Source: Amoebophrya sp. A120 (Eukaryota > Protista > Dinoflagellata). From it: 64,000 nt of DNA. Position numbers and translations under genes: made by a program. Location of the stretch: the NCBI GenBank assembly GCA_905178155.1, contig CAJINV010000006.1, positions 2,107,600 through 2,171,599 on the forward strand, given 5' to 3'. Below the pieces are notes generated by a model. It saw only the letters and a program-made list of their open reading frames with translations, was not told the DNA's origin and made no database searches. Shown one piece after another: positions 1 to 12,600 of this stretch (its first letter is position 1; each line of letters starts with the position of its first letter).

Positions 1-200
1 ATTTGTGTAGCATGAAGAGCAAGAGGACTCCAGTTGTTGCTATGCAGAGAGGGAATTTCTCATGCGGGAGAGGCATCAAGAAACCCGTGAAATAAAACCT
101 GTGATGCAGCTTTGGCATGCACCACAAACGTGATGGGTCATGCAAAATGTGCATGACAAACGTTCCAGTCTTCCAGACCCAGACATATGTGCAGTTGATA
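1..200. mobile_element. Introner family A (partial, 3' end only)
   Basis: Ends CTTCCAGACCCAGACATATGTGCAGTTGATA. Confidence 0.8.
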
Positions 201-3200
201 GTGCATCTGGAGAACCAATTACAGAAGGAGAACTTGAACATTTTCGACGTGCGAGGCGATATGCAAAGAAAAAAATTAAAGTTTTACAAAAATTACACAC
301 AGTGATGCAAAACGTGCAAGACAGATGACCTGTGCCATGCCCAAAATGCTTGCGGGTCTCGTTTCGTGTGTGTTTTGCACTATGATCTCTGCATTACAAG
401 TTTTCTTCGTCATGCGAGGCAACGTTGTAATGCTGAATTCACTACAAATCCAATGTGTTGTGTAACTGTAACACTTTTTTTTCTTGGATAGGCGAGGACC
501 CGAAATTAGTGGAGAAAATGCTCTTTCTGCTGATAAAGACTGCAGAAGCCCCCCTCACCGTCATTTGTATTGCATGAGCAGCAGTACAAGTGTCAGCGAG
601 AATGCAGGTTTTGCATGACAAATCTGAACAGGAGTGTAGTGCTATTTCGGCTCCTGCCAGAACTTGTCATGCAAAAAATTGCAAGAGGCACAGGGTGGAT
701 TTGGTGCTTCGCATTACAAATGAGCGGGACGAGGGGGAGTTGTGCCCTCTCATAGCTGACCACCCACCCACAGAACCAGGGTGACGCGTACTTGCGGCTG
801 CTGTTGAAAATGCCGGAAAAGTTCGGATATCAAATGCAAAAATGTCTGGGTCTGGAAGAGGCGGGACTTGTCATGCACATTTTGCATGACCCGTGAGGTC
901 TGTGACGCAGGTCCTAGCATCACAGATCTTTTGAGGCCTTCTCGATGCTTATCACGCATGAGAAATGCCCTCTCCGCGTGCCAAGAACTGTCTCCTCTTG
1001 CTCCTCATGCAACACAGATATTTTTAGAATCCGCAGACAGAATTACAACTTGCATTCATCTTCCAGACCCAGACACTTTTACATTTGATATCGGAACCTC
1101 GCGGTATTTGGTGCAGGAGGTGCTGAAAAATTTCTACTTGCTTTTGTGGGAAAAAAACCGGAGACTGGAGCGGCAGAACAGCATCGCAAAGCAGCCCATG
1201 CGGATCAATGACGTGAGTCTGGTGGAACTCGACGTGATTCGGGACGACGAAGATCTTGACAGTGACGCCGATTTTTTTTACAACAGCAACTCCGGAGGTG
1301 CAACCTCCTCAACATCCACCCTCCGTGCCTTCATCGATCTCGAGACTTCCCAAGGAACGAAAAGCATCGAAGCAAGTTTGATGGAGAGCCGGCGAGAAGA
1401 AGATTTTTCAGTAGCTTCTGCAACTGGCAACTGCCCGGAAGATCTCTCCGCGGAAGCGGATATTTTAGCTACGCCGATTTTTGTCGGGTTGAGTGATCCA
1501 GACGTCGATTATGGTTTGGCGGTATCAAGTGTAAAAATGTCTGGGTCTGGAAGAATGCAACTTGTGATGCTGCATTTGGAGTCCAGAAAAATCTGTATTG
1601 CATGAGTACCAAAAGGAATGTAATTTTTGCTACGCGGATAGGGCATTTGTCATGCGGAATAGGCACCAGGAAGCTCTCAAAAAATCTGTGATGCTAGGGC
1701 ATGCATCACAGACATCAGGGCTCATGCAAAACGTGCATGACAAGTGTCCGAATCTTCCAGACCCAGACATTTTTACAGTTGATAAGCGGATGGAAGTTCG
1801 GGAGGAGGTGCGGATGGAAAATTTTCCTCCTCCAGTACCTCTCCAGCGATGCTGACCCTAGCAGAGACGAAACGCAGGCGGGAAGATCTTGGTGACTCAG
1901 AGTCTGGACGAACATCAAGCGACACAAGTGCGGGGAGTAATATTAGGGAAACCGCTGATTTGGAAACCGGCACTGGCATTCTTGCAACAACTACAGCATC
2001 TAGTTCCCACGGTTTGCGCGAGTTTGGGAGGAAGGCCGAGAGGAGGAGGAACAAGCAATTTCAACACGAAACAGGCCGTCCAGGAGGCTCGACGGAACTA
2101 GTACCGGGTGCTGGAGCGAACATTTCGTCTTCTCGCCGGGGAATGAAGCACGCGAGCAGAAATCACAGTGTGACGCAAGAACGGCAGCTTCTGACATCAC
2201 GGAATTCATCCCGACAGCCTCTTCTCGGACGGCGCGGTATCAAATGTAAAAATGTCTGGGTCTGGAAGGATTCATGTTTGTCATGCTCGTCTGGCATAAC
2301 TCTTAAATCTGTCATGCACATTACCCAAGAGCTCCGCTTTTCTGTGATGCAGAAGCGCAGTTTGTCATGCAGAATAGGCAACACCTAGGACCTCAGAAAC
2401 TTTTCATGCTGAGCCAACATTTGTAGCCTCATCATGAGACGCCGCCCAGCATCACAAGTTTCCAGACTTCCACCCAGACACTTTTACATTTCATACGCGG
2501 CGTGACTGCACAATTTCAATCCCAACAGCAACAGCAGCCTGCGACGAACTTTATCTACGGCTACAATCCGTATAATCCACCGGGGCAGCTGGTGGGAATG
2601 ACAGCAGTCTTACCTCCTGGCGCGCCTGCGTATAATTACGGCTACACCTACAGCCCAATGCAGCAGTTCCAGCCTATGGCGGGCGTTTTTATGCCACCGC
2701 AAATTGCACCAGGAGGAGCTCCGGTGATGATGCAGCAACCGTCGCAGATGATGATGCCAGCGGGAGGTGGCGGTGGAGCTCCTGCGCCAGGAGCCGTGCT
2801 GCCACAAGAAGGTGCTAGTATGTACAATGGTTTCATGGGAGGTGGATCACCCGTGTCCACGTCTCAACCGATGATGTACAACTTCAGCCCACAACAGCCA
2901 CCGATGCAGGTGTACAACTACGGAGCAGCAAGCTACGGCCCACCCGTGCAGCAGCAAGAACTGTTGCAGCAGCAAGAGGCGAGAACGAACACAGGAGCAT
3001 CTTCTGGCGCCGGTGAAATAACTACGGAAGATGAAGTTGTGTCGCCTGATCATCAGACGCAAAACGGAGAACTGGAACAACGTGGGGGGCAGCTTGTTCC
3101 GGACGATGCTGTTGTTGACCAGGACCAAGATCAACAAGAACGGGATGAGCAGGTGTCGTCGACCAGTAGTACATCAGATGACCAAGCAACTGCATCACCA

Positions 3201-3793
3201 CCTGCAGGCACCACTCGATCTACAAACGAGCTGCTCCAAACGTCGTCCGCAGGGGGTGGCTCTTACTTTCTCCCGCCACAACAACCGGCATTGTACTTTA
3301 CGTCGTTCCTGCAGGAAAAAGAACAGTTCTCGGCGAGCGCTGGAACCAGCAGATCATTCACCAAAACCACTAGCAACAAGAGAAAATCCAACCAGCTCAA
3401 CGTGATGATCTACTACCGGGATGCGGTGCGGCATGAGTAGGAATTGCAAAAGTGATGTCGTGCTAGTTCTACTAGTAATTGCAATCCAAATTTTCTCAGC
3501 GCGCGCATGCCAAATGGAGTTTCTTGTAATGCTGCTTTAGCCTAGAAAGGCGATTTGTCATGCATATCTGCAATTAGCACGACCACGAGTTGCGCGATCA
3601 GACTTTTGCAATGCATAACAAGCGGCGGAAGCTGATTCAGTTTTTCGACCAGGAAACCAGTGATTTTCCGCTGGACAAGGTGGAATTTTTCAAGACGTTG
3701 GAGGAGAAGGGGGACCGGAATTTGCGGCTGTTGCTCCAGCATTCGGTGGCGGTGGACAAAGACACGCCGTATTTCAACCTGGTGTATTCCTAG
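1..3793 (+). CDS. Multi-exon gene, 5'-truncated by the window; protein of unknown function with a Gln/Pro/Met-rich low-complexity region
   Basis: Exons ~201-259, 491-533, 755-827, 1091-1522, 1785-2237, 2496-3437, 3618-3793 join in frame after removing introners (VHLENQLQKENLNIFDVRGEDPKLVEKMLFLLTTHPQNQGDAYLRLLLKMPEKFGTSRYLVQE...PYFNLVYS*). Stop TAG 3791-3793. Confidence 0.75.
260..490. mobile_element. Introner family E
   Basis: TATGCAAAGAAAAAA...ACACTTTTTTTTCTTGGATA; DR GGCGA/GGCGA. Confidence 0.85.
534..754. mobile_element. Introner family K
   Basis: Imperfect TIR TAAAGACTGCAGAAGCCCCCCTC / GAGGGGGAGTTGTGCCCTCTCATA; DR GCTGA/GCTGA. Confidence 0.7.
828..1090. mobile_element. Introner family A
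   Basis: TATCAAATGCAAAAATGTCTGGGTCTGGAAG...CTTCCAGACCCAGACACTTTTACATTTGATA; DR TCGGA/TCGGA. Confidence 0.9.
1523..1784. mobile_element. Introner family A (opposite orientation to 828-1090)
   Basis: Family A TIRs; DR GGCGG/AGCGG. Confidence 0.9.
2238..2495. mobile_element. Introner family A
   Basis: Family A TIRs; DR CGCGG/CGCGG. Confidence 0.9.
3438..3617. mobile_element. Introner family B (degenerate)
   Basis: TAGGAATTGCAAAAG...CTTTTGCAATGCATA; DR ATGAG/ACAAG. Confidence 0.75.
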
Positions 3794-4429
3794 ATGAGAG
3801 GATGAGGAACGATTAAGTTTAGTACGGGAAGCAGCTCCTGAGGAGGGGTGTTGATGATGGGGAGGAGCTGCATCAACTGGGGGTGAGTGACCACGAAAGA
3901 TCGTGACACTGGAAAGTGACAAGAGCCGCAACATACTTGTCTGGTCAAGAAGCTGCCCTGTCAGAAGAAGTAGAACCGATCCACTACCCACAACGACCGC
4001 AGCCACAGCAGGGCTGATAATTTGCAACTATTTCAGAACAGAAGAACACTTTTTTTTTCACAGACTTATTTTCAATAAACTTACCTTTCAGCATTCTATA
4101 CTTTTCGCACAAATGGTAATGGTTTTAAATCAAATACGTTTCGTTTCTTTTTCAAAATGAGGACAGCATGGATAGTTGTTCGTCAAGCAGCGTTGAAGAT
4201 GAAAAACTCCTGTACAGAATAACATTGATAGGATTGAGTTTGAACAGATCATTGGTTCGCAAGAAAAATGTATTTCTGCGACGTACCGATGATGTTAAAG
4301 CACCACGGGGGCTTCTTGCAAATATTTGTTTCGCGAGGCCGGTTCACTTGTGTTCCCGCTTTGCCAGCGAGGCGGCGGCGTCTTTGTATGTTGTGTCGAA
4401 GTTGTGCAAAAAGTATTCACCACAAGAGA

Positions 4430-5820
4430 AAACGAGGGAGGGGCGCAGCAGTGTGCTGGGTCTGTGAGGCCCTCGGCCGGCGAGGTGTTGCGCCCTTCCT
4501 GCCATGGAGGGGGTGGCGGCCGGCGGGGTTTTTATATTTTTCCCGAATGGAAACGACGGGCGCCGCTGCTCGTCAGGCGATTGCGCTGGTTCCTGAAGTT
4601 CTTGAGCGACTGTGGAGCGGGGCCATCGGGGGGCACATTGTTGGCGCACCAGCGCCCGGAGGGCGACGCGGGCCGCCGTTGTGGATATGGGTGACGGAGT
4701 GGGCGGGCTATCGGTCCGGCCAGTCTGGCGGCAGGCTCGCTGACCCGGAGAGGGAGCCGACGGAGGTCCGGGCGGAGGTTTCTCCGGCGTCGTGCCACCA
4801 GCTGGACACGAAAAACGCACACCCGGGAAAGAAGCCGCCGGCGGGCCCCCTGGTCAGTCTGCCTGCCTTTCGTAGCGAGGGAGCGAGGCGCGTCAGCGGC
4901 CGGCGCAGTTTGTGCACCCATCGGCGCCGGTAGCGATGGGGGCGGGCCTTGTCTGTGTCGCAAGGAAGCCCTGCCGCGCGCTTGGGGGCCTGTATGGCGG
5001 CCGCCCTTCGCTTCGTGGAGCGAGGGCGGCCGCCCTTCCTTTGGGCGTGTGCCTGTGGGTTTCATTTCATTCGCGCCGGCCGCGAGCTAGCGGCTGCGGC
5101 GGGGCGGGAAAAGCGAGGCGGCCTGGCGCAATGATCTACCCTGGCGCCCGTCGGGCCCCGCCAGCGAGCGCTAAAAAGGACCTGGAACAACGCAGCCGCC
5201 TCCTCTGATGCGCCTCCCCCCCGGGCCGCAGAAGCCCCGGGCCGTGTATGTTCCCGCCGCCTGGCCGGCCGCCGGCTGGCTGCCGCCCGCCTCTCCCCGG
5301 GCCGGTACCTGGTTGCCTACCAGGCTGTGGACCGGTGGCCGGCCCTGCCAAACGCTGGTGGGGCCCTTTCTTTGTCGGCCCGCGCGCGATTTGTAGGCAG
5401 GCCGGCCGGCCCGGTCCGGACGGAGCGGTCGCCTCCTGTCGCGCCGCCGCCCGCGGTTGGGGCGGGCCCGCCCGCCGGCCGGGCGAAGGACTAAATTTGT
5501 TGGCTTGTGTTTGGCCGACCCCATTCATTGGCAGGCAGGCCTGGCAGAGTGATTGCTGGGCCTGCCAAGGCAGGGCCGGGCGGGCGCCCGCTGGGCTGGA
5601 TGGTTCTTGCCTCCCCATCTTGCGAAGCACTCTGCGCGACCACGCCCCCGACGAAGGGGCCGCCCGGTGTTGCAGCATGCAGGGAGGCACCTGGGTGGGC
5701 ACCCAGCATGCGTCGTCCATCCAACCTACCATTGACGGCCGCCTTCGTGCCGCGGTCGGTGAAACGAAGGATAAAAGGGCCCAACGTCAGGCGTCCCAAG
5801 GTGGAAGCGTGCATTCCCAT
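4430..5820. other. GC-rich intergenic island upstream of the p25alpha-like gene
   Basis: Visibly very GC/CpG-rich, no introners, only spurious Arg/Gly/Pro/Ala ORFs. Confidence 0.6.
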
Positions 5821-6608
5821 AATCTCAGCCGCGTCGCAGCTGTGTGGGTGTCCTCTGGCCCGTCCTCGATCCCTGCCCTAGTTGTGTCTGTGTTCTCATT
5901 GTTGTCGCAGATGACGATTGTTCTGCGCAGAAGCTGAAGCAGGTCTCCTGCTACAGCGGGTCCTTTCCCTGCAGTCATCCGATGAGCCCCATCGGGGTTG
6001 AAGGTACCTCGCTAGCCGCAAGCATACCAAGTTGCCAAATAGCTACCTACCAGCACTCGCAGCACAGCATCTTTACTGCCACTTATTGCCGCACGAATCC
6101 TTCATCGACCTCCTCTTGGCAATATTGAGTAGATTAAGATATCTCTTCGCGTGCTGATGGAGTGACAACCTGCGCGACTTGACTATACTACATCAAGTTG
6201 AACCAACATGAAAACTTTCACGAACAAGAAGACGAGCACGACTGTTAATATTCGGAGCGTTGACCACGTCGAGAAGGAGAAGATGACAAAGCGCCAAAAT
6301 TCATTAATTTCGTATGTGAAACACGCCTGCTCTCGTCCACCTGTGGATGTAGTGGCACTGCTCGGTGCAAGCAACATAAAATCTTCGAGAATACAGACGA
6401 GAATGTCCACAAGAACTACTTCTACTTGTACTACCTGGGGAGATTCTTCTGTGACGTGAAACTAGTAACTCCGCCGGCCTCGTCGTCTTCCCCGCCGCAA
6501 TTACCTATCTATTGCTTCAATTCTTGGAGTTATCCCCACACCGAGAACGAGGCGGGCCAAGTGCGTGCAACATCGAGTGACCGCGACCCGCGCAGCACAG
6601 TTGCCACG

Positions 6609-9600
6609 ATGACCGTGCTCTCGGCCGCTGGGCCCGCGAAAGAACCACCCGGCGTGATGAACCCGGCTTCGCAGGGTGGTGGTGCAACTGCCGCGGGGAC
6701 CTCCAAACCGCCTGGTGGTACAGGGACTGGCGCAAGTGTCGAGGAAATCGAACAAACATTGTCGGAGATCTTCGACTTTTACGCAACACGGCCGCATTCC
6801 AAAAGTGCTTTGCTCTTTACATTTGTCATGCGTGCTACGACGTGGTCGAGAAGAGCATGGATTAGGATTTGTCCTTCATAATATTGGTAGCGCAGCAGAA
6901 TGCATAGACTGCAACTTGTCGTGCTGCTAGGTCTGCGACAGTGACGAGGAAGATCATGCACATGATAATTTTTCAACACATCGTCCGCATTAACAAACCA
7001 CTGCACCTTCAGGTACCGGCTCCTCTGTCCTAAAGTCTGCCAAATTCATGAAGATGTGTCTGGACGCCGACCTGGTGGACGACATGCAAAGCACCCAGGC
7101 TTCCGACCCACACGCGCGGTCGAAGCTGTTGACGTCTGCACGGTATCCTGTGCAAAAGTGTCGTACTCGTATTTTTGCAGTCAAGCTCATTACAAATCTT
7201 TTTCTCGAGGTAAATCACCGTATACAAATTTCATTTCTCATGCTGAGAAAATTTGTAATGCAATTCATACTAGTACGATATTACTTTTGCAATGCATACG
7301 CGGGTCGACTTGATTTTCAAAAAGTTGTGCGGGAACCGAACGACCATGACTTTTGAGCAGTTCATGAACGCTTGCGTCCAAATCGCGCTCACCAAATACC
7401 CGCACGTCAGCAAAGCCTACGAAGCCTTGTCAATTCTGTACGAGGATATGCATTGCAAACCAAGTACTCGTGCTAAAGATTGCAGACAAAGACATGCATT
7501 AGTGATATTATAAAATGTAAATCAGCATGACAAATTCCAGTTGTAATGCTGAGATACAATTGCAATTCCTGCTAGGTCGACGAGTATACTTTATTTGCAC
7601 TCTATAGAGGAGCACTTTTCGAAATTTCTCAACCCGCACGCGGAGCTCCTTGGCGTGTTCCTAGGCGGGCAACAGGACCACGCGGGCATTGGGGAGGAGT
7701 CTTTTTTCGAAGCCATCGCACCGGTCAAGGAGGCCGTGCTGACGCTCTATCAAGGGTATAATTTCATTTTCACGTTTTTCTGAAACCACTCAACGCATCT
7801 ACTTTCTTACTTTCTATCTCTAATTCTACGTATGCAGCTTGCACCGATTCGTTTGGATGATATTTTGTTGCATGACAGTCGCCCTTTGGTTTTGCAGGTG
7901 CTGTTGAAGCAGAAATTCATTCTCATGCGGGCTCTACAACAACTACATGAAAGCAGGATTACGATTAGCAACGCCAATCTCGAATCAAAGGTACTTCTGC
8001 CAGGAGCTTAATCCGCATTTTCAGCAGCAAACGGCAAGCCTCTATGCTGCGCAAAAGCATCGTACGAGTATGAATCGCATGACAAATTTCCTCAGCATGA
8101 GAAAGAAAATTTGTAGTGCGGATTTAACCTAAGAAAGAAATTTGTAATGCATGAATGCGATTAGTACGAGCACGATACTTTTGCGCAGGATAGCCTCGAA
8201 TCGCAGTCGATGAAGGCCTTTCTCGCATGTCTGCACGACTTCGAGATCGCTCCGAATTTGGTTCCGAAACCGATCTGCTTATCGGTTTTCCGGGAGGTAC
8301 TACTAGATGGCAAAACAGTTTTCATCTACGGAGGCTGTGGAGTTTGAGTTTGTCATGCATGCATGAACTTCGAGGGGAAGATGTGGTGCAATAGGGGTTT
8401 CATACAGTAGACTTGAAGTTCTAGGGGTTTCATACAGTAGACTTGGAATTTGTCATGCGGAAAGATATTAAAGCCCAAATCATACTTAATTGACCACGAC
8501 AGGTCCTGAAAGCGAAAATTCCGGAAGAGTTTTTCGCTCAGTTTTTGAAGACCTCGGAGCTCACGGAGGAAGAACTGCAAAGCAAACCGATTTTGACACC
8601 TGAGGAGCTCTCTCTGAAGGGCCGGCTGTTCACCATCGGACACTTTGTGATTGGACTCTATTTGGTCGGAAAAAAACTCCGAAACGACCCGGCTGGGCTT
8701 TTGCAGCAACCGTCTCCGGCAGTGGTGATAACCGAATTGCTGGAGAGGATGGACGTGTCAACGCCAGGAAAAATCATCTTCACTGCGGAGCGTATTGATC
8801 AATGTCGATGTCGTTTAGTTTTCTTGTGCATGATTGATCGCATTTGCTAGTTATTGTTTGCGTGGCCCGCATGATGACATCAGCCTGCCAGGGCATATAA
8901 CTGAAATAATCCTACAACTACATGACAAACTGGTGATCTCCCCTCATCTCTCATTTCAGGCGCCCGGTCCCTCCCTCTCTCCAGTGCTTTCAACGCGCCA
9001 GGGAAAGTTCCGTTTTCGTTCTTCCCCGAACCCAGGCCGCAATCAACATCTTCTCATAGTACCGGACAAACCGGCGCACCAGCTTCGTCATCTTCATCTA
9101 GTCAACAAAACTACAAAAAACCGACATCCCAGCACCTGCAACAAATCGGCGGCAGTTCGTCTTCCAGTAGCAGCGCGACGAGGCCTATCCAGGAAAAAAC
9201 ACCCATCCCCATCCATGTTTTGCATGACAAGCACTAGATTTTATGCCTGTTTTGCATGACGAATTGGATGGGGATGGGTGTTTTTTTGTGGATAAGGGCC
9301 AGGGCCGGGAGCACGCGAAGCCCAACCACGGGGATCATGAAGAATGGTTTGTCTAACAACTTCGCTAACCGGATTAATAATTCTGGGTCTTCCGCCGGGA
9401 GAAGAAATTTTTCGAAATTTCTCATTCCGGACGACGTCGGGGTTTTCCTCCAACAGCAACTAAAACTGAAAGAAGACGACGATGGATCGGTTCTTTCCGG
9501 CGAGGAGATTGACCACCTGCTCCAGCAGCTCTTCCTTTACTACAGCTCGCTCGGAGACCCTCTGAACCGAAATAGCATGAGCTCCATGAAGTTTAACCGG

Positions 9601-12600
9601 TTCCTCCGCGACGCGGGTTTACTCCCTAGGGATTGCAAATATTTCTGGGTCTGGATAAGTGGAACTTGTAATGCTGTCCGCGGATTCTAAGAATATCTGT
9701 GTTGCATAAGCAGCAAGAGGAGTCAGCTCTTGGCACGCGGAAAGGGCATTTCTCATGCGTAATTAGCATCAAGAAGCTCTCAAAAAATCTGTGATGCTAG
9801 CAACAGCATCACAGACCTCACGGGTCATGCAAAATGCGCATGACAAACCCCGACTCTTCCAGACCTAGACATTTTTGCAATCCATACTCCCCGCGGAATT
9901 GCCGAAGGGCGCTCTGTCTTTTGACCAGAAATCGCTGCAGGTAAAATCAAAGCTGTACAGCAACTACGCGCAATTACACGACGCCGGGGACTACCACGGG
10001 AGCGGAAAATGCACCAGGACCGCGAATCTGGAACGGTTGGTGGAAAACAGCGATTTCGTGTTGAATCAAGTGGATGTGGATTTGATCTTTCTGCAGGCAA
10101 CAAATTACGAGAGGAAAAAACAGCATTCCTCCGGGCACCAAGTACGACACTTGCTGACCGTAAAAAGCTGGCGCAGGGCGGTCGCGGACATTGCAGTGAG
10201 ACGGTACCTGGAATTGTTCGGCGTGGGGGTGGAACGGCTCATGCAGGAACAGCCGGAGGCGGTGATATTTGCAAGTATACTTTTTTACACAATCTTTGAC
10301 TACTTTCGAGCTTTGCTGGACAATCTCGTCGGAGTGAACTAGCTACAACACAACTCTCCTGCTATTGACTTTGAATGAAACAAAAACTTAATAGCCGCCA
10401 TCACCTCCTTTGCGGAGGCCATTCTGCAGCCGCTTTGCAACGCACTAGATTTTCAGTCCCACGTCGACGTTTCGAACTTTGCGGTGGAGATGGGTAGAAA
10501 GGAGATGGTGGAGTTATTCCATTCGCCAAATATCAGTGACGGAATTTCCAAAATTTTCGCCTATTACGTATGCATTGCAAAACTCTAGTATCTTGGTCGT
10601 TATCGCAATACAAATACTAGCGCTTAGCATGACAACATCAAATGGAATCTGTCATGCAAATTTTTTAGGTCGGGAAGGCGATTTGTCGTGCATGGTTGCG
10701 ATAATTTATTACAACTACAACTACGGTGCACAGCTTTTGCAATGGATACCATGCTGACCAAACCTACACAACATCTGCGGCGAACGCAAACTCCGCAATG
10801 ATGAACTTGAATTCCCTTCGCTGGACTGTCAACAGCTTTCTAAAGTATAAAATTCCAAGTTGGATAATTTTGATTTTTTAGTTCAGTGAATTTCATCAAT
10901 TTTTTCCCATGTAAGTTTCTCTTTCTTCTCGATTGAGTGATCTGCTGGTACCAAACTGTCATGCAATAGATCCTAATGTTGTACTGTACAGTACTAAAAA
11001 TATGAGCAGAAGACAACTTCTCAAAAGCAAAAGTACACCCATACAATCATGTACCACTTTTTGAAATAGGTTTTGTGCCGACTTTGAGATCCAGGAGGAG
11101 CTATCGCACCTTCCTATCCATAAACAAACACCCATCCCCATCCAATTTGTCATGCAAAATATGCGTCAGAGCCATTGTCTGCCATGCAAAAACTTGATGG
11201 GGATGGTTTTTTTTTGTGGATACTTCCCCTCCAGAGGATCTTCCAGGATTGCGCACAGGTGGAATTTATGCATTGGAAACATGTAGTGTTTGGGTCTGGA
11301 TCATTGCAAGAGCTGCAAGACTTGGAATGCCGGAACGCATGTTGCGCAACGGTGCTGCTCGTCTGTGCTGTGCTGCAATGAAAATGCGGCTTTGCATGCA
11401 CAGATCGCAGTAGATAGCCGCTTTTAGAAAAGCAAAATTGTCATGCGCTTTCTGCGTACGGGCTCGTCAGATGCACAACACAGTACGGTGACAACTAAGT
11501 ACTTTGCATTTGCTCCAGAATTACGCCAGATATGTTTGCAATGCATAGAACTGGTGGAAAAACGAACAGCGAATACTCTTCCGACTTCCAAAGCGGAAAA
11601 GGCGTCGGGGGACCAGTTAACGCGATTGGGGTTTCAACTCTCCTTGGTTCTGCTTGCCGTCAAGCTCAACAAAGCCGACTCCTCTCTACCGTCCCTGCAA
11701 GACCAGGTGATCGCGCTGTTACACAAACTCAACCACGCTCAGGGCGGGATGAAGGTATACTCCTAAAATCATACTTGGGTAGTTATTTGGGCAGTTTGTG
11801 TTGCATGAATCTGGAGGTTTAGCATTTCGATTTCCACTAAAGCTAACAGTCCGTAATTCGCATGACACCACCTTGGGATATTCTTATTTACGTCGAGGTG
11901 CATGAACTAAAAATCAGGACCGTCCCTCCGTCGCCAGCTTAACCCGCAAAGGGATGCTGTTCACCAACTTACCGCCGCTTATGCAAAGCAAATATGTCTG
12001 GGTCTGGAAGGTTGAAACTTGCCATGCTAACTCTGAATCATGCAAAAATCTGTGTTGCATGAGTGCCAACACCTGCCTCCTTGTGAGCCAGTTCGTTGGG
12101 CGGGAGTTTCTCATGCAGGATAGGCACGACAGAGACATCGCAGAGTCTGTCATGCTAGGTTCGCATTCCAGGCCTCATTGGTCATGGGAAACCTGCATGA
12201 GAAGTTGACAGGCCTCCAGACCCGCCAGACATATTTGCATTTGATACCGCTCGGGACGTTACAACTGGATAATTTCCGGAGGAGTTTTGATTCCACTTCC
12301 GTGGAGAATGTGAATTGGAATTCTGTGAAATATATGGATTGCAAATATGCCTCGGTCTGGAAGAGTGGAACTTGTAATGCTGTCTGCGGATTCTTAAGAT
12401 ATCTGTGTTGTATGAGCAGCAAGAGGAGTCAGCTTTTGGCACGCGGAGAGGGCATTTTTTCTCATGGGTCATTAGCATCAAGCAACTCTCAAAAAATCTG
12501 TGATGCTAGCACCAGCATCACACACCTCACGGGTTATGCAAAATGTGCATGACAAGCCCCGACTCTTCCAGACCCAGACATATTTGCAATCCATAAAATC

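Noticed and set aside
76-2388. Recurring peptide motifs in the ORF track (FQTQTFLHLI, KCKNVWVWK, MSGSG, LSC) that look like a protein repeat family
   Set aside because: They are translations of introner TIRs and the TTGTCATGC motif, not coding repeats.
4268-5937. Many overlapping 100-260 aa ORFs in the GC-rich islands (also 13.6-15.2, 22.8-24.4, 43.3-45.4 and 63.2-64 kb)
   Set aside because: Arg/Gly/Pro/Ala-rich in all six frames with no recognisable domain, as expected from stop-codon scarcity at high GC.
6133-6145. 13-mer ATTAAGATATCTC shared with 44173-44185, both near GC islands
   Set aside because: Two occurrences only, at inconsistent distances from start codons; it could be chance.
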